Under the pieces are notes generated by a model. The model searched no databases. It had not been told where the DNA came from and saw nothing but the letters and a program-made list of their open reading frames with translations. Shown piece by piece: positions 1-12,748 of a stretch of 64,000 bases of DNA (position 1 is its first letter; each line of letters begins with the position of its first letter). Source of the DNA: Malacoraja senta (taxonomy: Eukaryota). The DNA is taken from NCBI GenBank assembly GCA_038087875.1, contig CM075996.1, positions 6,760,001 to 6,824,000 on the forward strand, written 5' to 3'. The translations under genes and the position numbers were made by a program.

Positions 1-165
1 TAACGGCAGGTAAGCGTGGAAGACTCGTGAAGATTTTCAACATGATGAAAAATGTCCACGAGAGCCCCGAGTACCGACGAGTGGCCATTGCCGTAAATCT
101 CCGAGTTCGAATCAGGGCAAACTCGGGAGAGCTCTTGGAATGAACTCGTACCGTGGGACAGGGGT
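1..165. mobile_element. Harbinger-type MITE, one end (same subfamily as 36966-37293)
   Basis: Ends ...CTCGTACCGTGGGACAGGGGT followed by TTA. Confidence 0.7.
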
Positions 166-655
166 TTAAAGGTAACCTGAGCTGAACACAGAAAGACCAG
201 CATTGGAAGGGGAGTAAACATCGGTGGGGGGGGGGGTGATTTTTTAGAAGGCTGCAGATACAGGGGATGAGGGGGGTGTGGGGGGGAGGGGGTCAGGTGC
301 CAAGAATAAATCGCCTCGACTGCCCGGCAACTGGTTGCTAGGGAAGGCTAGTGAGGATGTGGAGGTGAGCTTGGAAACTTTCAAAAGGTCTCCACCATCT
401 GAGCAAATAACTCCAGCTTATTACCGGATAAACAGTGACTCACTAAGTAGACCGGTCGATGATCGTCCCACGCTGATGGCTCAACAACGAAGACCAAATT
501 GACAATCTTCCTCTCTTCAATGAAGAGTCGTTATTCAGTGCCCAGACCAGACAAAGTGGACCGCAGTGTCCGTTCCAGTCCAGAGTGCTCACAAGACTCA
601 TGGGGCCAGGAAAAAACAGGCTACCACCCTCCGCCCACCTCTCACCCACCCTCAT

Positions 656-1170
656 TCATTCTTGCTGTTGAGGGAGTGCAGCGTAGGTTTACAAGGTTAA
701 TTCCCGGGATGGCGGGACTGTCATAAGCTGAGAGAATGGAGCAGCTAGGCTTGTACACTCTGGAGTTTAGAAGGATGAGAGGGCATCTTATTGAAACATA
801 CAAGATTGTTAAGGGTTTGGACACGCTAGAGGCAGGAAACATGTTCCCGATGTTGGGGGAGTCCAGAACCAGGGGCCACAGTTTAAGAATAAGGAGTAAG
901 CCATTTAGAACGGAGACGAGGAAACACTTTTTCTCACAGAGAGTGGTGAGTCTGTGGAATTCTCTGCCTCAAAGGGCGGTGGAGGCCGGTTCTCTGGATG
1001 CTTTCAAGAGAGAGCTAGATAGGGCTCTTAAAGATAGCGGAGTCAGGGGATATGGGGAGAAGGCAGGAACGGGGTACTGATTGGGGATGATCAGCCATGA
1101 TCACATTGAATGGTGGTGCTGGCTCGAAGGGCCAAATGGCCTACTCCTGCACCTATTGTCTATTGTCTAT
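656..1170 (+). mobile_element. CR1 (HER1-like) LINE 3' fragment
   Basis: VQRRFTRLIPGM...LGLYTLEFRRMRGHLIETYKI...RTRGHSLRI...FFSQRVVSLWNSLP...FKRELD, then the GGGCCAAATGGCCT stem-loop and (CTATTGT)n tail. Confidence 0.9.
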
Positions 1171-3710
1171 TCCTACAAACATCTACTTCCTCTGGGGACC
1201 TGCAGACGCTGGTTTACACCCAAGACAGACACACAAAATGCCGGAGTGACTCAGCGGGACAGGATAGAAGGATCGGGCGACGTTCCGGGTGGAGACCCCG
1301 TTCTTCGGACCGAGAGTCAGGGGAGAGGGAGGCACGGCGATAAGGAAGGGTAAGGTGTGAAAAGGAGACATCGAAAGGGACGAGGAAAGGGTAGGATAGA
1401 TCGTTGTTAGCTCGGAGAAGCTGACAACGAAGCAGACAGAGATAAAATGTAATCAGGAGGACAGTCAGACTGGTCGGAGAACTCAGAGGGGCGAATATCC
1501 TTCTGGTGAATCTGTGGAATTCAGTGCCATAGAAGGCGATGGAGGCCAATTCAGTGGCTATATTTAAGGCAGAGATAGATAGATTCTTGATTAGTGCGGG
1601 TGTCAGGGGTTATGGGGAGAAGGCAGGAGAATGGGGTTGAGAGGGAAAGATTGATCAGCCATGATTGAATGGCGGAGTAGACCTGATGGGCCGAATGGCC
1701 TAATTCTGCTCCTATCACTTATGACCTTATGAACTCCTCAGATCCTCTCCCTCTAATCCTGTCCATTTCGCTTGTGCCAGTCTGCATCGATTTACCCTCC
1801 TGGCTTCCATCCATCCTCCCTGTCTCCGCGCCTCGGGACGGTGGTGCAGCAGGTAGAGCAGCTGCCTCACAGCGCCAGATTCTGCAGGAAGGAACTGCAG
1901 ATGCTGGTTTACACCCAAGGTGGACACAAAATGCTGGGGTATCTCAGCGGGACAGGCAGCCTCTCTGGAGAGAAGGAATAGGGTGACATTTCGGGTCGAG
2001 ACGGCCACGGTGGCGCAGCGGTAGAGTTGCTGCCTTACAGCGCTTGCAGCACCAGAGACCCGGGTTCAATCCCCACTACGGGTGCTGCCTGTACGGAGTT
2101 TGCACGTTCTCCCCGTGACCGCGTGGGTTTTAGACAATAGACAGTAGACAATAGGTGCAGGAGTAGGCCATTCGGTCCTTCGAGCCAGCACCGCCATTCA
2201 ATGTGATCATGGCTGATCATCCCCAATCAGTACCCCGTTCCTGCCTTCTCCCCCATATCCCCTGACTCCGCTATCTTTCAGAGCCCTATCTAGCTCTCTC
2301 TTGAAAGTATCCAGAGAACCGGCCTCCACCGCCCTCTGAGGCAGAGAATTCCACAGACTCACAACTCACTCTGTGAGAAAAAGTGTTTCCTCGCCTCCGT
2401 TCTAAATGGCTTACCCCTTATTTTCTCCGAGATCTTCGGTTTCCTCCCACACTCCAAAGACGTGCAGGTTTGTAGGTTAATTGGCTTGGTATACTGTAAG
2501 TGTAACATTGTCCCTACCTAGTGTGTGTAGGGCAGTGTTAATGTGCCGGGGATCGCTGGTCGGCGCAGACTCGATGGGCCGAAAGGCCTGTTTCCGCACT
2601 GTATCTCAATAGACAATAGGTGCAGGTGTAGGCCATTCGGCCCTTCGAGCCAGCACCGCCATTCAATGTGATCATGGCTGACCATCCCCAATCAGTACCC
2701 CGTTCCTGCCTTCCCTTAACTCTGCTATCCCTAAGAGCTCTATCTGCTGTAACTCTCTCTTGAAAGCATCCAGAGAACCTCTGAGGCAGTGAATTCCACA
2801 CACTCACAACTCTCTGTGTGAAATCTCTAAACTAAACTAAGCCACGGGTGCTGTGTGTGCAGAGTTTGTACATTCTAAACTAAACAGACGAGAACAGATA
2901 CAATAAGCGATAGTCCCTCGCTCCAGTCCCTTCCCTTTCCCCCATTCACACTCTCCCAGTTTCCTGCTCTGGTTAGTATGATCAATTTGCTGTTGTCAGT
3001 TTTAATATAGAGAAATTTAAACTCGGGAAGACACAAAGTGCTGGAGTACCTCAGCGGATCAGGCAGCGTCCCTGGAGAAAAAGGACAGGTGACGTTTCGG
3101 GTCAGGACCCTTCATAGGCACAAAGTGACGGAGTAACCTTTTGAGTTACTCCGGTACTTTGTGTCTTTTTGTTGCAATCCAGCATCTGCAGTTCCTTGCA
3201 TCTCCTTCCCTTGTCTTGGACAAGGTCCAAGAAACATTTGGACAGGTCCATGGATTGGGTAGGGTGAGAGGGATTAGCGTAGGAAAGAACTACAGATGCT
3301 GGAAGATAGAGGCAAAAAGCCAGAGTAACTCAGCGGGTCAGGCAGCATCTCTGGAGAAAAAGGAATGGGTGACGTTTCGGGTCGAGACCCTTCTTCAGAT
3401 TTTGAGAGGATATAGGCCAAACGCAGGCAGGTGGGACTAGTGTAGATGGGGTTAGTTGGTCGGCATGGGCAGGACGGGCCGAAGGGCTGTGTGATTCTAT
3501 GATTCGATGTCTCCACTTCAAACAGTCGGTGCCAGGGCGCAGTTTTGAACGCTGCCAATGTCAGTGCATGCAGCGCCACTTGGCACTGGCGCATTTGCAC
3601 AAATGCATGGCTGCAGATACGGTTTAAAGCGTTGTCCTCAACACGCTCCAAGTCCCCGTCTCCCTCTCCCCCCCCCAACACCGGCCTGCAGCGGTGTGGC
3701 CGGTGAACAG

Positions 3711-4607
3711 ATCTTTTATTTTACCAAAAAATCATTTAATCGGTGATTTACAATAATATGTACAGTACGAACTAAATCAGAACCAAACCCACCACCATAA
3801 TACGTCAAACAAATATACTGAATAAACTATTATACAACCATGTTTCAATTGTCAAGGATGCATTCCACCCCCTGCGGTGCCCAGCGGTCCCAGAAACCCC
3901 CCCCCCCCCGGACGCCCGTGGACAGCGAGTAGTCCCTCTCGTGCCACCCGGGCACGGACGTAACCCCAGGAAAAGGGGCAGGCAGCCGGCTCGGGCAGAG
4001 CCCTCCACCACCTGGCACCGTGACCCGTGGATGGCCAGCTTGGCCAGGGCCCAGGAGCAACCCAACCAGGACACCTTCAGCCCCAAACCCTCTCCCCTAC
4101 ACACAGGGGTGTCCACAGATGAGGGTGGTTGGTGGGTGTGAAGTGAAGTGGAGCCAGAAGGCAAGGAGCAGCCCCTTTAGATATTGGAACAGGGGCGGCA
4201 GCCTCACACACACCATGTAGATGTGGATCACGGACTCTGCCAGCCCGCAGACGTGGCAGCTGCCGGCGAGTCTGTGAACCGTGAGAGAAACAGGTTGCAG
4301 GGAACTCCTCGATGCAGTACCCGCCACCCCAGGTCCCCGATGTAGAGGGAGAGAATCTCTGCGTAGAGGGACCCCCACTAGGGGACCCTCCCGCGACTGG
4401 AAGGCAACACCGACCGCCACTTAGTGTCTGGACGGTGGACCAGGGCGAGGATGTGCAGGGTGTGGAGGAGGAGATGTCGTGCAGGAGATGAAGGGTGTCG
4501 AGGAAAGGCGGCTCGGGCTGCATGGGAACCAGCTCCCCCGGAAGGACTTCGGCCCCTGGGTCCGACGGGCACCTCCAGCCTGAGCGCGGGGTTTGCTCAG
4601 CCGCGAG
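3711..4607 (-). mobile_element. Tx1 (L1-clade) retrotransposon 3' fragment, frameshifted
   Basis: LHTLHILALVHRPDTKWRSVLP...CHVCGLAESVIHIYMVCVRLPPLFQYLKGLLLAFWLHF (CCHC-type finger)...FWDRWAPQGVEC. Confidence 0.8.
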
Positions 4608-5040
4608 TCCCTGGGATGGCGGGACTGTCAAATGAGGAAAGATTGAAAAGACTAGGCTTGTATTCACTGGAGTTTAGAAGGATGAGGGGGATCTTATAGA
4701 AACATATAAAATTATAAAAGGACTGGACAAGCTAGATGCAGGAAAAAATGTTCCCAATGTTGGGCGAGTCCAGAACCAGGGGCCACAGTCTTAGAATAAA
4801 GGGGAGGCCATTTAAGACTGAGGTGAGAAAAAACGTTTTCACCCAGAGAGTTGTGAATTTGTGGAAATCCCTGTCACAGAAGGCAGTGGAGGCCAAATCA
4901 CTGGATGGATTTAAGAGAGAGTTAGATAGAGCTCTAGGGGCTAGTGGAATCAAGGGATATGGGGAGAAGGCAGGCACGGGTTATTGATTGGGGACGATCA
5001 GCCATGATCACAATGAATGGCGGTGCTGGCTCAAAGGGCC
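4608..5040 (+). mobile_element. CR1 LINE 3' fragment
   Basis: Same CR1 ORF2 C-terminal motifs (ORFs 4424 and 4736). Confidence 0.88.
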
Positions 5041-5104
5041 AGACGGCACCATCCCACGTCGATGGTTCGCTGGGCCAGAAGGAAGGGCTGGAGCGGATAC
5101 TCAC

Positions 5105-5162
5105 GTCTACAGCGGCCCACGGTCAGTAGACCCAAGAGTGCGAGGAAGAGCAAAACCTTCAT
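5105..5162 (-). CDS. First coding exon of a secreted protein (signal peptide MKVLLFLALLGLLTVGRCR, phase 1); probably osteocalcin/bgp-like or another Gla-family paralogue
   Basis: AAGACC-ATG start, 19 codons plus 1 nt, then a GTGAGT donor (plus 5099-5104). Classic n/h/c signal peptide with TATA and RUNX motifs upstream. Identity is inferred from the exon shape and proximity to mgp; downstream exons were not found in the window. Confidence 0.7.
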
Positions 5163-5169
5163 GGTCTTC

Positions 5170-5290
5170 TTCTGTCTGTCTTTCTTTCTCTCTTTCTCTC
5201 TCTCTATCTATCTCTCTCTCACTCTCTCTATCTCTCTATCTCTCTCTATCTATCTATCTATCTATCTCTCTCTCTCTCTCCCTCTCTCTG
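5170..5290. repeat. (CT)n/(CTAT)n microsatellite in the putative 5'UTR
   Basis: Direct sequence observation. Confidence 0.9.
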
Positions 5291-5325
5291 AATCCTTGGT
5301 CAACGAGGGCTGGACAGCGCTGCGA

Positions 5326-5465
5326 AGTCTGATGGTTCTGGGCAGGTCCCCGTCCTTTTATACTCTGCCTGGTCACAGATGCCCATTGAGGCCGGCCTGG
5401 CCATGTGGTGACTGTGGCCGGCCCAACCGGGGATGAGGAAGCGCTGTGGTCGCCCTCAACCACCA
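5326..5465 (-). promoter_or_regulatory. Core promoter of the minus-strand signal-peptide gene (TATA, Inr-like element, RUNX motifs)
   Basis: TATAAAAG at 5355-5362 (minus). TCAGACT Inr-like element at 5326-5332, about 30 nt downstream. TGTGGT (RUNX core) at 5404-5409 and 5445-5450. Confidence 0.6.
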
Positions 5466-5698
5466 GTAATTCCAGAATGACCCACATGCTCATTACTGCC
5501 TCGGGAAGGCTGCCAGCACTTAAACACCAGCGTGCAGCAATGAGAAAATCCAGGAGCAACGCTGACAGACCCAACAACTATCGTCCCTCCATCAGCTGCC
5601 ATTGTTCCAACTTCAGACCTCATCCCACGGTTGTTTATTTAGTTCAGCTGGGTTTAGCTCCGGAAGGAACTGCAGATGCCGGTTTACACCGAAGATAG

Positions 5699-5752
5699 GT
5701 GGTGGGAGATTGCAACCTTCACGTGGTCCGCCCTGCTTCGACGAATGCAATC
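5699..5752 (+). ncRNA. Minimal HDV-like (nested double pseudoknot) self-cleaving ribozyme motif
   Basis: P1 GTGGTGG/CCGCCCT (G.U at position 1, one mismatch), P2 GATTGCA/TGCAATC, P3 ACC/GGT, L3 TTCACGT, P1.1 G5735, J4/2 C-G-A-A (C5742). Confidence 0.72.
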
Positions 5753-5838
5753 AACCTGCCGTGCACAATCAATAAGATCAAATAGAACAAGTTGTCCTAC
5801 AACTTTAGGCTGTGCACGCCCCACACGAGAAGAAGAAG
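5699..5838 (+). mobile_element. 140-nt non-autonomous retroposon (Vingi/RTE-type AAG tail) with a 5' HDV-like ribozyme
   Basis: 11-bp TSD ACCGAAGATAG (5688-5698 and 5839-5849), (AAG)n tail, inserted into a Penelope-derived repeat. Confidence 0.8.
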
Positions 5839-6171
5839 ACCGAAGATAGACACAAAATGCTGGAGTAATTGAGTGTCATGCTGAGTTACTCCAACATTTT
5901 GTGTCTGTCTTTAGTTTAATTTAGTTCAGTTTTGTTTAGTTGGGTTTAGCGTAGAGATACATTTGGATGGGTACGTGGATGGGATAGGTTTGGAGGGAAT
6001 GTGTAGGAAGGAACTGCAGATGCTGGTTTAGACCAAAGATAGACACAAAATGCCGGAGTAACTCAGCGGGCCAGGCAGCATCTCTGGAGAGAAGGAATGG
6101 GTGAAGCTTCTGGCCGAGACACTTCTTCAGATGTAGGTTTAGAGGGAGATGGGTCGTGTAGATGGGACATG

Positions 6172-6427
6172 TCATTCGTCACGGCCCCAATATCGGCTGA
6201 AAGGATTACACCGCCTACAAGTGGTGTAAATCCCACTTCTGACACCATGTAAAGTTTGAGACCACGTAAGGCCCTGTTGTGACTAGCACAAAGACAACAC
6301 GTCCGACATCTTGTAAGTAAGATTTAATCTGAACAACCCACGGAAACTTCTCGAAGGTCACCTGACCTCAATCACGAGGCACAGGAATTTATATTAAAGG
6401 GGCACTGGCATTTATATTACACATACA
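6172..6427 (-). mobile_element. 5' LTR plus tRNA-Leu(CAA) PBS fragment of a second LTR family
   Basis: AATCCCACTTCTGACACCA at 6229-6247 directly abuts a TGTA...TACA segment at 6248-6427. Confidence 0.7.
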
Positions 6428-6923
6428 TCACAGGTGGCACCTGATCCATTGACGCTAAACAAGCTTCATCAGGATGGTTGTCAATGAAGAGAGTGAGAAC
6501 TAGTTGCCATACCATTGGTTTGATGGACTTTGGGGTACTATTGAACTGGTAGCCATACCTTTGGTTTGGTGGACTTTGGGGTACTATGATACATTATGGC
6601 TCTATCATTCTGCTCATCATTGCTCTAATACTTGCGGCCATTGTGTGTACCTACCGAGGACTGTGAATGTTATCACGTTTGATAAAAAGGAGGGAATAAA
6701 AGAGCTAATAGTCAAATCTAAAATGAAGTCGTTCTTCTACAAAAGTATGATCTAGTAGAACAAAAGAATGGCTCGGTGCCAAGTTTGAATGACTTTGTAA
6801 ATTATATGGAACACAATATTGAGGACAGGTTGTCTTTTCAATAAAGAAATTAAGATAGAATCCTGCAGTAATAACATGTGCTTCATTCAAGGCCATAAAG
6901 AAGCCATGATTAAAAAAATAGCT

Positions 6924-7345
6924 TTTTTACGAAGATATACGACTCCTTCTAGTAGGTAAGGTAGACCTCTTCTTATTGATATGGTCTCCCTTTATCGACT
7001 TTCTCCAAGCATATGGTGCAACAATCATAGAAATATAATGGTTCAGAAACAGGTAGGATTATCAAATAGATATATTGCTTTCAATCTCCTTTCCTCTTCT
7101 CTTTTGTTTCTTTTTTCTTTCTTTCTTCTCTTCTTTTTTTCTCCTCATTTTTTTTCTAGGGCTATTTTGCTATCTCACGCAACACTTCATCTCAATCTTT
7201 CCTTTTGTAATCTTTCATTTCTTATTTTGCTTCATTATTAAATTAAAAATAAGAAGTTGTATATGAAATGTAATATGTCAATAAGTATTAGGTACTTTGG
7301 TCCCACATTATTGTACTTCTAAAAAATAAATAATAATAAAAAATA
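6924..7345 (+). mobile_element. 5'-truncated L1-clade LINE 3' end
   Basis: EDIRLLLVGKVDLFLLIWSPFIDFLQ ORF2-terminus-like peptide, T-rich 3'UTR, A-rich tail, TSD AAAAAAATAGCT (6912-6923 and 7346-7357). Confidence 0.7.
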
Positions 7346-9129
7346 AAAAAAATAGCTGACTTACCAGAGATAAGTAATAACGTGTTATTGGATGAGCTTG
7401 ATTTGGACCCAGCTTTCCTATATTCTGAAAGGCTGCAGAATCTTTCAGTCATGCCATATTCAGACTTGGTAGGAGTGTTTTACTGATAAGAAAAATGTAT
7501 AATTTTGCTAGCTGTCCTTTGCTCTGTGAGTGGGAGCCCGAGAAGCACTAAGCAACATTTGTGCTCATTGTAGATCTCGCCACTCCCGTCTGACGAATCA
7601 ATTACAGATTGCCACGGTTCACCTTCAACAGTTTTTGTTGCTATCTGCTTTTTAAGAAACTAACTTTGACAGGACATGTTGATCGGCATGGACAAGTTGG
7701 GCCGAAGGGTTTGTTTCCACGCTGTATCACTTTATCACTCAAAAACGACTCACATAATTCATGTTTTTGACCAAATTCCTTCCTATGCTAATTTAGTTTA
7801 GTTCATTTCATTGTCACGTGCGCAAAGGGACAGCGAAAGGCTTTTGTCGCGTGCTAACCAGTCAGCGGAAAGACAATACGTGGTTTGAAGTGGGCTTTCA
7901 GTGGATGGAAGAAGCAGCCAAGCATGAACAGCGAGATCACATAAATAGTGATTCAGGATTTTGTTACTGACTCACAGGCTGTGAGAATTAACAGCACGAC
8001 CAATGTTGATTTTCAAACCTACTTTGCCTTGGAGAAATTCCCCGTGATTCACCTTCATGAACCCCCTGAACTGTAACCCAATAGTTATTTATCCAACTGA
8101 ATATCTTGCAGGAAGCACCAGTCTGAAGTAGGGTCTTGAGCTGAAACGTCACCCATTCCTTCTCTCCAGAGGTGCTGCCCGGCCCGCTGAGTTACTCCAG
8201 CACTTTGCGTCTGACTTTGGTGCAAACCAGCATCTGCAGTTCCTTCCTATACCTGACCGATACCACCTTCTTTTTCCCGATCAGAACTTTAATTTAACTT
8301 CAACTTCATGAGGATGTTTGATGAAGAACTGAAGAAGGGTCTCGACCCGAAATGTCACCCGTTCCTTCTCTCCAGAGATGCTGCCTGTCCCGCCGAGTTA
8401 CTCCAGCATTTTGTGTCAATCTTCGGTTTAAACCAGCATCTGCAGTTCCTTCCTACACATGAATATCTTGCGACATCTTCTCACAGAGGGCGGAGAACAG
8501 CCAAGCGCGTTCATATGTGGAGTTAGGTGTGCCCGGGGGACTAATAATGTGAGGATATTTGTGAATCAGATAGGTTTTAATGTCAATCTAGTCATTTCAT
8601 TCTCACCATCGCTGAATTAATTTAGTTTCGCTTAGAGATACAGTGCGGAAACAGGCCCTTCGGCCCACCAAGTCCGGCGATCCCCGCACACTATCACTAC
8701 CTTACACACACACACACACACACTAGGTACAATTTACAATTTAACCACAGCCAATTAAGCAACAAACCTATGCGTCTTTGGAGTGTGGGAGGAAACCGGA
8801 GCACCCGGAGAAAACCCCACGCAGTCATGGGGAGAACGTGCAAACTCTATACACACAGTACCCGTGGTCAGCATCGAACACACGTCTCTGGCGCTGTGAG
8901 GCAGCAACTCTACCGCTGCGCCATTTCTCTTTGAACTAAGTTGAATTTAAATTCTCCAAATGCCATGGTTGGAGTTGAACCCATGTCTTCTGTGGAATAT
9001 CAGTTCAAGACACATAACAATATTGATCTTGTCAATGAATCTGCGGTTCGGGGTGTAGGCTGAGAAATGAATGTTAGATCAGTAGATCTTTGCCCTACCT
9101 CCAGTCCCCTGCTGTCCCTGCCCTAGAAC

Positions 9130-9671
9130 CTTGAAGAGAGAGCAAGATAGGGCTCTTAAAGATAGCGGAGTCAGGGGATATGGGGAGAAGGCAGGAACGG
9201 GGTACTGATTGGGGATGATCACACATGAAAGACTGGATAGACTCGGCTTGTACTCGCTAGAATTTAGAAGATTGAGGGGGGATCTTATAGAAACTTACAA
9301 AATTCTTAAGGGGTTGGACAGGCTAGATGCAGGAAGATTGTTCCTGATGTTGGGGAAGTCCAGGACAAGGGGTCACAGTTTAAGGATAAAGGGGAAATCC
9401 TTTAGGACCGAGATGAGAAAAACATTTTTCACACAGAGAGTGGTGAATCTCTGGAACTCTCTGCCACAGAAGGTAGTTGAGGCCAGTTCATTGGCTATAT
9501 TTAAGAGGGAGTTAGATGTGGCCCTTGTGGCTAAAGGGATCAGGTGGTATGGAGAGAAGGCAGGTACAGGATACTGAGTTGGATGATCAGCCATGATCAT
9601 ATTGAATAGTGGTGCAGGCTCGAAGGGCCGAATGGCCTACTCCTGCACCTATTTTCTATTGTCTATTGTCT
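9130..9671 (+). mobile_element. CR1 LINE 3' fragments (two joined copies)
   Basis: ORF 9209-9577 carries CR1 motifs and the tail. Confidence 0.88.
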
Positions 9672-10139
9672 AGAACTGTCTAATGGGACAGTGTGTAGAG
9701 GGAACTTCACTCTGTATCTAACCTGCAAGTGCTGTCTGTGCGGAGTTTGTACGTTCTCCCCGTGACCTGCGTAGGTTTATCTCCGAGATCTTCGGTTTCC
9801 TCCCACACACCAAAGATTGTAAATTGTCCCTAGTGTGTTAGGATTGTGCAGGTGAACGGTGGGCCGAAGGGCCTGTTTCCGCACTGTATCTAAACTGAAC
9901 GGGCCTGTTGAGCTGCTGCAAGTCAGAATTCCATTTCTGTTTGTGAGCCTGTGTGTAGGAAGGAACTGCAGATGCTGGCTTAAACCTAAGGTAGACACAG
10001 AAAGCTGGAGTAACTCAGCAGAGTGGGCAGCATTTCTGGAGAGAAGGAATGGGTGACGTTTCAGGTCCAGACCCTTCTTCAGGTGAATTTGGTGTCCTGT
10101 TGTTGGTACGTATGACGTATAAACACTCTTGGCTCTTGC

Positions 10140-10860
10140 TTCACAGGCCGTGGTCCCTCAGTATTTCCCCTCTGTCAGTGCAGCACTCCCATCGGGGACC
10201 TGGGGTGAAGGGTACTGCACCGAGGAGTCCCGTGCAACCTGTTTCTCTCGCGGTTCGCAGACTCGCGTGCCACTATTGCGGGCCGGCAGAGTCCGTGTTC
10301 CACGTGGACATGGAGCGCGTGAGGGCTGCAGCCCCTGTTCCCAATATCTAAAGGGGCTGCTCCTTGCCTTCTGGCTCCTCTTCACTTCACACCCACCACC
10401 CACCCTCATCTTTGGACACCCCTGTGCGTAGGGGAGAGGGTTTGGGGCTGACGGTGTCCTGGTTGGGTCGCTCCTGGGCCCTGGCCAAGCTGGGCCATCC
10501 GCGAGTCACGGCGCCAGGCGGTGGAGGGCTCTGCCCGAGCCGGCTGCCTGCCCCTTTTCCGGGGTTACGTCCGCGCCCGGGTGGCACTAGAGAGGGACTA
10601 CGCGCTGTCCACGGGCGCCCCCTGGGGGATTTCCGGGACCGCTGGGCCCCGTGGGGGGGTGCACACTTTATTCGCCAAGTGTGTTTTGCAATTTTATTGG
10701 CCAGGTCAGTCATACAATTAAAAGCAACAGATCACTCAAAAAACCCAAGGATATATTTGACATTTTAAGAATATTTATTTAGATAATTGGGTGATTTTGT
10801 ATTGTGGTGGTGAGTTTTATTTAGTATCGTTTTGTGTTGTGTATATATTATTCATAGTAG
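10140..10860 (+). mobile_element. Tx1 retrotransposon 3' fragment (same family as 3711-4607)
   Basis: Closely matches the reverse complement of 3711-4400 and includes CHYCGPAESVFHV. Confidence 0.8.
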
Positions 10861-11627
10861 ACTTTGAAACCTAGAAAATAGGTGCAGGAGTAGGCCATTC
10901 GGCCCTTCGAGCCAGCTTCAATATGATCATTGCCACAAAAAGAGCTATATCTAACTCTCTCTTGAAAACATCCAGTGAAATGGCCTCCACTGCCTTCTGT
11001 GGCAGAGAATTCCAATCATTCACAACTCTCTGGGTGATTTTTGCAATCATTGATTACATTTATTTTTCAATTTTACAAAAACAGTGCGGCAGTCCCTCAG
11101 TACTCACTCTCCACAGCGTAGATGCACGGGTTATGCTGGCAATTCTCAGCGCTGGTAATGCCTGTGGCACAGCCAAGTTATGGAGTAATCTAGCACGGAC
11201 AATGGCCTGTTTTTATTCTGTTGTTTTAAATCAGTGCCTTTGACTTCCCCCTGTGATTAGAAGGTCGAGTGCGATGCGGCTGTGAAATGATGGAGCGGTG
11301 AGCTGGAGCCGGGCTTCTAGTTTCAATAACATTCCACTGGGACTTGTGGAAGGCCACAGACACTGGCTGCGATATGGGGTCCAGGCTGCCCAGTCCCTGT
11401 GGTGAGGCCCCAACTCTGTCCCATTCATTCATGCCGCATCGAGTTAACCCTCTCCTCTCCACCGACACTCAGCCAGCTCAACTCCCTCCATTTGCACCTT
11501 TTACCCCATTTACTCCGTCTCGTCCGTTAACCCCTTCTGCATCCTTGCTCATTAACCCCAGTGGTGCAGCAGGTAGAACCACTGCCTCACGGCACCAGAG
11601 ACCTGGGTTTGATCCTGGTTATCGGTG

Positions 11628-12748
<1,121 letters not shown>

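Noticed and set aside
325..346. RFX X-box-like GTTGCTAGGGAAG and nearby short ORFs (278-726)
   Set aside because: Imperfect single motif; the ORFs lack recognisable similarity or splice context.
5105..5162. Signal-peptide exon as the missing mgp exon 1
   Set aside because: Opposite strand, 30 kb away, and it ends in C, which would give His rather than the expected Asp. Only possible if the contig left of the gap is mis-oriented.
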